NCBI GenBank assembly: GCA_964342815.1
Contig: CAYFHS010000047.1
Span: 1-21,448, forward strand
DNA from: an uncultured archaeon
GTDB lineage: Archaea > Thermoplasmatota > Penumbrarchaeia > JASLWR01
Reading direction: 5' to 3'
DNA length: 21,448 nucleotides
Shown: piece after piece, positions 1-7,591 of the stretch
Layout: each line of letters opens with the position of its first letter
How positions within the stretch are numbered: the stretch's first letter is position 1
The notes under the pieces: generated by a model
The model's database searches: none
What the model was told of the DNA's origin: nothing
The model's input: only the letters and a program-made list of their open reading frames with translations
Position numbers and translations under genes: made by a program

Positions 1-136
1 TAGGGTTCGATGAACTATGTTCATCATCACCCACTGGCTTGGCTTGAAAGTGTGACATGCCATCAGGTATGTCTTTACTTGGCAATAACATCGACTGATA
101 TCTGAACATTAATGTATAACTTTCCGAGATTTCATA

Positions 137-301
137 TCAATATCTTGGCGGCCTGCGCTTACTAAAACAATCCCTGCAATATACCGGCCGTTCTCCATCA
201 GGTTTAAAAGGTACCTGGGTCTCTTGGCCGCAATCGGAGCAGGTTGTATCGTGCATTTCACGGGGCGGACGATCGTGCCCTCTTCTTCTTTCGTCAAACA
301 T
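137..301 (-). CDS. Small CxxC-x17-CxxC zinc-ribbon protein (TIGR04272-type), 54 aa; absent from the ORF track
   Basis: Hand translation from ATG at 301 gives MFDERRRGHDRPPREMHDTTCSDCGQETQVPFKPDGERPVYCRDCFSKRRPPRY, stop TGA at 139-137. CSDC-x17-CRDC with the family-typical VPFKP..RPVYC..C motif. Purine-rich AAGGAAG upstream and a TTATATA box at about 383-377. Confidence 0.92.
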   Translation of the reverse strand: MFDERRRGHDRPPREMHDTTCSDCGQETQVPFKPDGERPVYCRDCFSKRRPPRY

Positions 302-442
302 ATTTTACTTCCTTTTTTTGTTGTTTTCAGAATCTCCAATTCAAGAGATATCTCAACTTGTTGAACCGGAATGTTGTATATAATAGTATGCACTGAAAAA
401 TAAAGAGGTATTTTGTCAGACCTAAGCTCATCATCTATTTTT

Positions 443-673
443 TCATATCATGTAAAAGATTCGATACTTCCCCACTCGTTCCGAACGAATCATTCCCGCT
501 TCCTCCAATCTTCGAAGATGATGTCTAAGGGTTCCGCCGGCAATATCCAATTGTCTTTTGATACGCCGGTAATGCTCCCCAGGATGTTCACCGATATACT
601 CGTAGATCGAACGGCGTTTCTCGTTTTCGACTATCTTTTGCTCTCGTAAGGACCGAATTGGGATCACCCACAT
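443..673 (-). CDS. Stand-alone single winged-helix DNA-binding domain (N-terminal wHTH of the COG3398/HVO_0163-like family), 76 aa; possibly a fragment
   Basis: RRSIYEYIGEHPGEHYRRIKRQLDIAGGTLRHHLRRLEEAGMIRSERVGKYRIFY is a typical wHTH. Manual alignment gives 37/68 identities to the first wHTH of 4093-7380. No clear SD, and an in-frame TAA immediately precedes the ATG. Confidence 0.75.
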   Translation of the reverse strand: MWVIPIRSLREQKIVENEKRRSIYEYIGEHPGEHYRRIKRQLDIAGGTLRHHLRRLEEAGMIRSERVGKYRIFYMI

Positions 674-764
674 TTATATTTCTCGTGAAAAAAAGAACCG
701 ATGGAGACGACATACTCTCAATCGTTTTTGTTCACAGTCGCGCCATCGGTCCCTTACAGTTGTT

Positions 765-3167
765 CTATCGGTTTCTGGGCTCAAATACAGCCTTTTTCTC
801 CTCAGTCCACTTGCAGATCATAACTCCTTCGAAATGGTTTACCATGTCATCATTTTCGGAGGGGCTGTCTTGGAAAGGCAAGGAGGAACGGCTCCTGTTG
901 GACCCATTATCGTCCTCCTCCTCTTCCGGGGGGAATTCGGGCTCTTCCTGCTGGCCCTCGAGGTCCTCGGGGTACCAAACGTTCAGGTCATCTATCTCCA
1001 CCACAAAACAGGTGTACTCAGTGATGAAATCGTACTGGCACGAAAGCTCAACTACGCGGTCCACCAGTTCCGACGTCTCTCCGTACACTTCCATCTGCTC
1101 CATGATCTTTTCGATCTCCTGGTAAGCCCAGAGCCTTGCCACGAATGGATTTTTATCGTTACCGCCCACGTTCACGGTATCGGTGAAGGTGCGGACCCCG
1201 TTGCGTCCGGTGGCGTTTATCTCCATATCGAAAGATTCGCAGCGTTCGAACCTCCCCGTTATCGCTATGTCGGTACCTGCAAAGAGGTAATCGGCACTCT
1301 CCTGGGATACGTCATACACATTTTCCGAGAAACCGAAATCCATCTGCATCAGAAGAGGGGTCGAGATGGTACGGTAGAAATCGGTTATCTGGTTGGTAGG
1401 GTCGCCCGATGTGCTGATCTTGATAGCCTGACCGAAATTCTCCATGCTTATGGCCCGGAGGAAATCGAAATCCACGTCGGAGCCGAATCCCAGGCAGAAA
1501 ACGGAAGAACGGGCCGTATTGGTATTGACTATGTTGTTCCTTATTCGAGTGCAGTCACTCTCCCCTGCCGTGGGTTGGCCGTCGGTTAAAAGCACCACAA
1601 TGGGTATGTGAGAATTTCCCTCATCCCCCAGCAGTTCCAGGGCATCCATGGCCGCCTGATTGAAGTTCGTGGACCCGGAAGCACCGATATTGTTGATGAA
1701 GTTCACAGCCCGCTGCTTGTTTTCCCGGCTCGCAGCGATGATCTCAGGCTCGTACTGCTCCACACCGGTTGAAAAGGTCAGTATGTTGAACTTGTCATCC
1801 GCGGGAAGGTCATTGACTACATATTCAAACGCCTCTTTGACCTGGCCGATCTTTTTTCCCGACATGGAGCCGGAACGGTCAATTACGAATATGATATGCT
1901 TGGGGACCGGCGCTTCCTGGAGGGCGTTTGCAGACGGCGAAAAACGCAGGAGGAAATATCCTCCGTCACCGTCGTTGTGAACTGTCACGTCACCCTCCAG
2001 CGGGGGTTCTCCCACTGTATAGAGTAATTTGATATCCTGAAGACTGGTCTGGTTCGCGCTCAGAACCATTCCCGCCGCCTGGTTCGAGCCTATAACGAGA
2101 TTATTGTTGTGGATCGGCCCTGAGACGCTGAAATTATCGAGACCGCTCTTGTGGTACAGGTCCATGATCATCAGGAACTCACCTATGGTCTCGTACGAGT
2201 TGATGCCTGCGATGGGTACGTTATAGCTGAATTCACCCAGGTATCTCTTGAGGAAGGTTTCATGTCGAAGGTTGACCTTCATGTATGATAGTGGAGGAAC
2301 TCTAAGGCTCATCTCCAGGCTGTTGCTGCCGTGCCATTTGATGAATACCGCCATCTTGTCAGGTCCCTGTTTCACAACTTTTTCAGCCTCTTTCGGTATG
2401 ATGAAAGAGTAATAAGTATTACCGTTCAACACCATGGTAAGGTTGGATACCATGGCTCCCTCGGGTATCCTGATGGTGAAGGATTTGGTGCTTATATTGC
2501 CAGTTGGGTTTGCCACCCCGAGCTGGATGTCGGTGACGGCGTAGGAGTTATCGATGACGAGACTTATCTTCGTACGTGCAAGGCTTACGCGATACTGCGG
2601 ATAGTATGGCTCCCCCACGAAATCGAAATTATAGTTTTTCCTCGGTTGATCGCTATCTTCCTCGTCGGATTCCGCTGCATCCACCGGTTTTTCTTCTTCC
2701 TCAACTTCTTCGACCTCAGGCTCTACCGGTTCTTGCGGAGGCGGAACTGCGGAATTGCCGTCCTCTTCGGGCTCGTTCGTTAGATCCGTCCCGGCATCCA
2801 CCACATCACTGTCGGGAGGTACTGCTGCATTGTTGGATTTCTCTTCTGCGGGTTCGGGCGGCGTATTTTGACTCCCGACGGGTGTATCTGGATTTTGAGT
2901 TGGGTGTTCCGGTTCCACCGTGGTATTATTTGCGCTTGCTGCCGCTTTGGCCTTATCATTGGTTCCCATTAGTTCCTGGAAAAAATAATTCTCCGTGAAA
3001 CCTTCATGCGACTCCGCGGTCTCATTTCCAAATTCATCTTCGCTATTCCCGACCCTAATTATCTCAACCGGCCGTTCCGCCGCATTCATATAGATTATAT
3101 ATACCATGTTGACGCCCAGAAGCAGGAACACCAACACCAGGGACAATGTGTTTTTCTTTATCTCCAT
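765..3167 (-). CDS. Membrane-anchored VIT + vWA (inter-alpha-trypsin-inhibitor-like) surface protein, about 800 aa
   Basis: N-terminal hydrophobic segment LSLVLVFLLLGVNMVYIIY, an acidic E/P/D stalk, a VIT-like region, and a vWA domain with intact MIDAS (DRSGS...T...LTDG) followed by RLWAYQEI and an acidic tail. Start moved from the track GTG at 3239 to ATG at 3167 because of a perfect SD. Confidence 0.9.
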   Translation of the reverse strand: MEIKKNTLSLVLVFLLLGVNMVYIIYMNAAERPVEIIRVGNSEDEFGNETAESHEGFTENYFFQELMGTNDKAKAAASANNTTVEPEHPTQNPDTPVGSQNTPPEPAEEKSNNAAVPPDSDVVDAGTDLTNEPEEDGNSAVPPPQEPVEPEVEEVEEEEKPVDAAESDEEDSDQPRKNYNFDFVGEPYYPQYRVSLARTKISLVIDNSYAVTDIQLGVANPTGNISTKSFTIRIPEGAMVSNLTMVLNGNTYYSFIIPKEAEKVVKQGPDKMAVFIKWHGSNSLEMSLRVPPLSYMKVNLRHETFLKRYLGEFSYNVPIAGINSYETIGEFLMIMDLYHKSGLDNFSVSGPIHNNNLVIGSNQAAGMVLSANQTSLQDIKLLYTVGEPPLEGDVTVHNDGDGGYFLLRFSPSANALQEAPVPKHIIFVIDRSGSMSGKKIGQVKEAFEYVVNDLPADDKFNILTFSTGVEQYEPEIIAASRENKQRAVNFINNIGASGSTNFNQAAMDALELLGDEGNSHIPIVVLLTDGQPTAGESDCTRIRNNIVNTNTARSSVFCLGFGSDVDFDFLRAISMENFGQAIKISTSGDPTNQITDFYRTISTPLLMQMDFGFSENVYDVSQESADYLFAGTDIAITGRFERCESFDMEINATGRNGVRTFTDTVNVGGNDKNPFVARLWAYQEIEKIMEQMEVYGETSELVDRVVELSCQYDFITEYTCFVVEIDDLNVWYPEDLEGQQEEPEFPPEEEEDDNGSNRSRSSLPFQDSPSENDDMVNHFEGVMICKWTEEKKAVFEPRNR

Positions 3168-3172
3168 TTTTT

Positions 3173-3179
3173 TCACCTC
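3173..3179 (-). promoter_or_regulatory. Shine-Dalgarno GAGGTGA for VIT-vWA-1
   Basis: Minus strand reads GAGGTGAaaaaaATG, with the ATG at 3167. Confidence 0.8.
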
Positions 3180-3270
3180 TATGAGTTTCCGGCGGGACGA
3201 AGCAGCGACACTTTTGCCGGTGGGATTCGCCCTTTTCACCGTTCACAAATAATGGAAGTACCGAAAACGC

Positions 3271-3291
3271 ATATAAACAGATTGACACAAT
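3271..3291 (-). promoter_or_regulatory. Promoter element: palindrome ATTG-N3-CAAT, 3 nt, then TTTATAT TATA box (copy 1)
   Basis: Minus strand ATTGTGTCAATCTGTTTATAT upstream of VIT-vWA-1; 20/21 identical to 7405-7425. Confidence 0.75.
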
Positions 3292-3439
3292 AACTTCCAC
3301 TTCCCGGGCGGCCAATTTTTTTGTAGAAATCAATCTGGTAAATGGCCAATCAGAGAATTATTAAAATAAAGTGAAAATATTGGATAAGACCAATGACATG
3401 ATCATAATCCATAAGGATGACATGGCATCCATCTTAAAC

Positions 3440-4027
3440 TCAATTTATTCCAAATTCCCTGAATTTTTTGCTGTATTTGGGCTTTTCTTTGATTTTTCTT
3501 ATATAGAATCCATAGGCCAATCCTATTGCCAGGCCAATCAAATGAGCTATATTTGCTGTTCCTGATGGGAAGAAAATACCAAAACTGTCAATTACAATAT
3601 ATAATATCCCGAGCATCCAAAGGGGCATGGGTATTACCATATAGAACAGGATCTTCTTGGTGGGGTATAGTACTATTGCCATGCCGGCGATTCCCATTAT
3701 TGCACCACTGGCACCTAGTGCGGACGAGTAGAAAAAGCTTGCACCTATTCCGGCCAACAATCCTCCTGTTATATATAATATCAAGAAACGCTTCGTGCCT
3801 ATTCTTTCTTCAACCAATGGGCCAAATACAATTAGTGCGATCATATTGAATACTAAGTGTGACAAGCTGCCATGTAGAAACATCGAGGTTATCAGTATCC
3901 ATGGTCTTACGAGTATATCCTCAGACACTAATAGAAATTCTCCTGTAAAACCTTTGGAGAATTCTTGTACAAGAAATGCGATAACATTGATGACAACCAA
4001 CGTTAGAGTAGCTTTTTTAATATTCAT
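3440..4027 (-). CDS. Rhomboid-family intramembrane serine protease (S54), 195 aa
   Basis: TSMFLHGSLSHLVFNM motif, EERIG, catalytic GASG serine and ANIAHLIG histidine, about 6 hydrophobic segments. The catalytic dyad is intact. Confidence 0.97.
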   Translation of the reverse strand: MNIKKATLTLVVINVIAFLVQEFSKGFTGEFLLVSEDILVRPWILITSMFLHGSLSHLVFNMIALIVFGPLVEERIGTKRFLILYITGGLLAGIGASFFYSSALGASGAIMGIAGMAIVLYPTKKILFYMVIPMPLWMLGILYIVIDSFGIFFPSGTANIAHLIGLAIGLAYGFYIRKIKEKPKYSKKFREFGIN

Positions 4028-4092
4028 GATTAGTTTATAAAAGCAATGATTTTAAATCTTTGGGTTTGAGTTTATTATTAAAATGGAATGAA

Positions 4093-7000
4093 TCATGTCA
4101 GCCTATTCCCACCCCATGAATCACCCACAGATGAATCTGTGGGTTTCATCCTCGAAACCGCAGAAATCTGCTTCCCCTTCTCCCCTACCACCAAACGGTG
4201 GCGGTCTCCGAAGGGGATTCCTGCGGACTGATCGTCATCAAGATGCCATGTCGGCGCCCGGCCCATCTTCTCGACCTTTAAAACCCCGATATCAGACAGA
4301 TCGTTCATGTGATGCTGCACGGCCCTGCGGGTCTTTCCAAGTTTTTCGGCGATCTGCTGCGTTGTGGTCCCCGGTTCTTTCTGTATGATATCCACGATCT
4401 CCTTCTGGACCGGTGTCAGAATGTGTCCGGCCTTGCGGGCTCCATACGGAAAATAATAAAGATATTTTCCTTCGCGGTGGGAGCTGATCATATTTGACCG
4501 CTCCAGGGTTTTGAGATGGTGCCGAAGGGTTCCGCTGGACATGTCGAGCTGTCTTTTTATCTCCCGGTAATGCTCCCCCGGGTGACGGTTGATGAATTCC
4601 ACGATGGTCTGTCTCTTCTTGTTGTTCAGAATGTTCTTACTTTTCAATCTCGTGTAATAAAAAATGCACAGTATAAGTAGAAGAAGGCCGAGCACGAAAA
4701 ATAGGGCCACAAGAAAATACCCCGGCTCCTCTTCCTTCCATCGCTTCGGGTCTCTTGGATAAGCATCCTTCTCGTTGGGTACGCCGTCGCCGTCCATGTC
4801 GGGGTCCAGTTTGTCCGGAATACCATCATCGTCGATATCGGAGGGGTATGAAAACGGATCATATGGGTCGGTTCCGCATTCCAGCTCAACGGTGTCGTTC
4901 CAGCCGTCACCGTCCGAATCCTCTTCCGTTTCATTATCATCTCCCGTTCCGTTTCCATTCTCACCATCCGGAGGAGTGCCATTGCCACTACCGTTATTCG
5001 GGATTGACCCGTTTGCATTCAAAACTGTTAAAATTAACTCGGTATCGTCGCGGTTCTCCTCCAGGTCCATAACGGTAAGCGTTATGGCATAAAAACCTGG
5101 AATGTCGAACAGATAGGATTGCTTGCTTCCGTAAAGCTTGACTGTCGTGTTGTTATACTGGAATTCCCATGTATAGTTAACTATACCGACGTTGTCCCAG
5201 CTCCCGGTTGCGTTGAAAAATGCGGTCTCGCCAAGGCTTATATTGAAGTTTGTACCAGAGATCGCCACCGGGGCGGTAATATCGATAACTATCACAGTAA
5301 CGACATCCCGATTCCAGTTGCCTCTTTCGTCCGTGAGATTCAGCGTAAGCACATATACTCCCGGTATATTGAATGAAAAACCTCGGACCATCCCATATAG
5401 GATTTCCTCAGTGCCGTCATAGGTGAAATTCCAGGTGTAATTCGATTCTCCCACAGCAAAACTGGCAGTTCCGTTCAGGAAAATGATCTCACCCTGTTGA
5501 ACGATCATATCGTTTCCCGCTCTGGCGATAGGCAGGTCCGAATCCCTTACCGTGAGAGTTTTTTTAATTACTGCCCAGTTTCCCCGGGCATCGGTGACAT
5601 TCAATGTGATTGTATACGTCCCAGGTATGTCGAAAGTGAAACGCGCCGTGGCCCCATTGAGCATTATTTGCCCGCCATCGTATGTGAAGTTCCAGGTATA
5701 ATTGGTGATCCCTGCGTTATCCTGGCTGCCGCTTCCATCGAAAATAAAGGTCTCGCCCCGGTTGATGACTGACAAGTCACCCGCATCGGGTATCGGCGGC
5801 TCGATATCCAGCACGTATACGGACCTCTCGTCGCTGTCGGTCCGGTTTTCCTCGTCGGTGATCGTCAACTTGATCTCATACGCTCCTACAGTATCGAACA
5901 GGAATGAAACTGTACCGCCGTAGAGAGTTATTTCCTCATCATCATAATTAAAGGACCACGTGTAGTTGATAATCGCAGAGGTCCCCCAAGAGTTCATCCC
6001 GTTGAATTGAAGCGTTTCATGCTGGTCAACGGCGACATCAATTCCCGCATTGGCCACCAGAACCGGATTTCCACCTACCGGAATCCCTGTGAGCGGAAGC
6101 TGGTCTTCTGCATTGGCGGCGCCGTCAATGGCGTAGGGCAGATCCACGATACCGTCGCTGTCATTGTCCGGGCTTACCCATTCCGACCAGTAATTTCCTC
6201 CCGAAGGAATGTTCCAGTTATTACCGGTACCGTCATCGTAGCCTTGCGCCCCTTCGTTGTTTGCGATGAAATCGTTGTGATGGATCGTATTATCCCCGGA
6301 TTCGCCGTCCAAAGAAATGCCGTAATTATTATTTTCAAAGTATGTGTTATTGAATATTTCGTTATCGTCTGAACTGCTGAAGTTCATCCCATATCCCAGG
6401 TTCCTTCCCACATTGTTGTACTTTATTGTACCGCCGTCGGAACTCCAAAGCTCTATACCGCCAAAACCGTTCTCATCGCATGTGTTGTTCTCAATGATAC
6501 TGCCGTAACAGTTCCGGAGAGATATTCCTGCTCTTTGGTTCACTGAGCAGGTATTAAATTCGATGATATTGCCATTGGATGAGATCACGTTGATACCAAA
6601 AGGGTCGTTGGAATCGAATTTATTGTTTCTTACTTCGATATTTGTGGAAAAAGCGATATCAAGGCCCACGTTTGCGTCTGTGATGATCTGATCCTCCACT
6701 TCAACGCCATTACAGCGAGAAAGTATGATCTGGCCTGCATCATCGGGGACCTTCCCCCCGGTCTGGTTCTTCCAGTAATGCACCATCTTCCCGTTCACCG
6801 TGTTAGAGGAATCTATGGTATGAGTGTCCCAGTTACCCAAGTATGTTCCCGATATGAGTATCCCATTCGAGAACATCTTGTTGTTGATGATTATGATGCT
6901 CGTGGTACGGTTCAGGTGCAAGCCCACTGATTTGTTTGTGATGGTATTGTCTTCTATGCTGCAGCTTCCCACGTTATCCACAGCGAGCCCGGCCCCTTCC

Positions 7001-7380
7001 GAATATGAATCGTTAGTGGTAATGTTGAAGCCCTTTACGAGGACACCCGCGGAGCGTATCGTCAGCACATCAGTGGAATCGCCGATGATGTAACAAATAT
7101 CGCTCCCGGCCCCGATAAGCTCTATATCGTTGCTGACCACCGGATTTTCGTAATATATTCCCCCCTCAACCTGGACCGTGTCACCGTCATTTGCCGTGTT
7201 GAGAGCCGCCTGTATACTTCGATGGTCTGCACCCCCAGCTTGATTTACCACTATGGTTTCGGCACGGGTTCCGACGACAGTATCCTGAACGTCCGGGGTG
7301 CTTTGTGAGACAACACCGGATCCCGTGATGAGAACCCATGACAGTAAAAAGACAAGAAAAAATCGGCCTCTCCATCGCAT
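4093..7380 (-). CDS. Membrane-tethered transcription regulator: signal peptide - right-handed beta-helix (NosD/CASH-like) - 4x PKD - TSP3-like Ca-binding repeats - TM - tandem wHTH, 1095 aa
   Basis: Signal MRWRGRFFLVFLLSWVLITGSG; I..N...N beta-helix repeats; four PKD units with NYTW.F.Y...F..PG.Y.I.L..TD; DSDGDG/DIDDDG/DMDGDG motifs; TM YFLVALFFVLGLLLLILCIFYY; wHTH1 HPGEHYREIKRQL...GTLRHHL; wHTH2 QKEIVDIIQKEPGTTTQQIAEKLG...AVQHHM. Confidence 0.93.
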   Translation of the reverse strand: MRWRGRFFLVFLLSWVLITGSGVVSQSTPDVQDTVVGTRAETIVVNQAGGADHRSIQAALNTANDGDTVQVEGGIYYENPVVSNDIELIGAGSDICYIIGDSTDVLTIRSAGVLVKGFNITTNDSYSEGAGLAVDNVGSCSIEDNTITNKSVGLHLNRTTSIIIINNKMFSNGILISGTYLGNWDTHTIDSSNTVNGKMVHYWKNQTGGKVPDDAGQIILSRCNGVEVEDQIITDANVGLDIAFSTNIEVRNNKFDSNDPFGINVISSNGNIIEFNTCSVNQRAGISLRNCYGSIIENNTCDENGFGGIELWSSDGGTIKYNNVGRNLGYGMNFSSSDDNEIFNNTYFENNNYGISLDGESGDNTIHHNDFIANNEGAQGYDDGTGNNWNIPSGGNYWSEWVSPDNDSDGIVDLPYAIDGAANAEDQLPLTGIPVGGNPVLVANAGIDVAVDQHETLQFNGMNSWGTSAIINYTWSFNYDDEEITLYGGTVSFLFDTVGAYEIKLTITDEENRTDSDERSVYVLDIEPPIPDAGDLSVINRGETFIFDGSGSQDNAGITNYTWNFTYDGGQIMLNGATARFTFDIPGTYTITLNVTDARGNWAVIKKTLTVRDSDLPIARAGNDMIVQQGEIIFLNGTASFAVGESNYTWNFTYDGTEEILYGMVRGFSFNIPGVYVLTLNLTDERGNWNRDVVTVIVIDITAPVAISGTNFNISLGETAFFNATGSWDNVGIVNYTWEFQYNNTTVKLYGSKQSYLFDIPGFYAITLTVMDLEENRDDTELILTVLNANGSIPNNGSGNGTPPDGENGNGTGDDNETEEDSDGDGWNDTVELECGTDPYDPFSYPSDIDDDGIPDKLDPDMDGDGVPNEKDAYPRDPKRWKEEEPGYFLVALFFVLGLLLLILCIFYYTRLKSKNILNNKKRQTIVEFINRHPGEHYREIKRQLDMSSGTLRHHLKTLERSNMISSHREGKYLYYFPYGARKAGHILTPVQKEIVDIIQKEPGTTTQQIAEKLGKTRRAVQHHMNDLSDIGVLKVEKMGRAPTWHLDDDQSAGIPFGDRHRLVVGEKGKQISAVSRMKPTDSSVGDSWGGNRLT

Positions 7381-7404
7381 AATTTACAAATACACGATTC
7401 TAAT

Positions 7405-7425
7405 ATATAAACAGATTGGCACAAT
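7405..7425 (-). promoter_or_regulatory. Promoter element: palindrome ATTG-N3-CAAT plus TTTATATA TATA box (copy 2); probable leaderless transcript
   Basis: Minus strand ATTGTGCCAATCTGTTTATAT(A). The TATA box ends about 24 nt before the ATG at 7380, and there is no SD. Confidence 0.75.
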
Positions 7426-7483
7426 GATTACTCTTTTAGCTAAAAATATTTGTTTTACTGGTTTTTTCCACCTTATGTAACAT

Positions 7484-7501
7484 TTCGGTTCATGAACTGA
7501 A
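7484..7501. promoter_or_regulatory. 18-bp near-perfect palindrome in the divergent intergenic region (candidate operator)
   Basis: TTCGGTTCATGAACTGAA, with a perfect core GTTCATGAAC and one mismatched pair, just upstream of an AT-rich TTTAATATA. Confidence 0.35.
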
Positions 7502-7591
7502 CATATTTAATATAAGCGATTTTAATCAATAGTATTTGTACAATGTTATTTCATATATATTGATATCAACCCATGAGTTAAGGTGTGTATT

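Noticed and set aside
1-109. Minus-strand partial ORF MFRYQSMLLPSKDIPDG..., plus a 7-bp hairpin GATGAAC/GTTCATC at 9-25
   Set aside because: The apparent TAATG coupling depends on the spurious 94-aa ORF, the peptide is unrecognisable and truncated, and the hairpin is within chance.
109-393. 94-aa track ORF
   Set aside because: Shadow frame: it overlaps the recognisable CxxC-x17-CxxC gene (137-301), and its 5' part covers that gene's TATA and leader.
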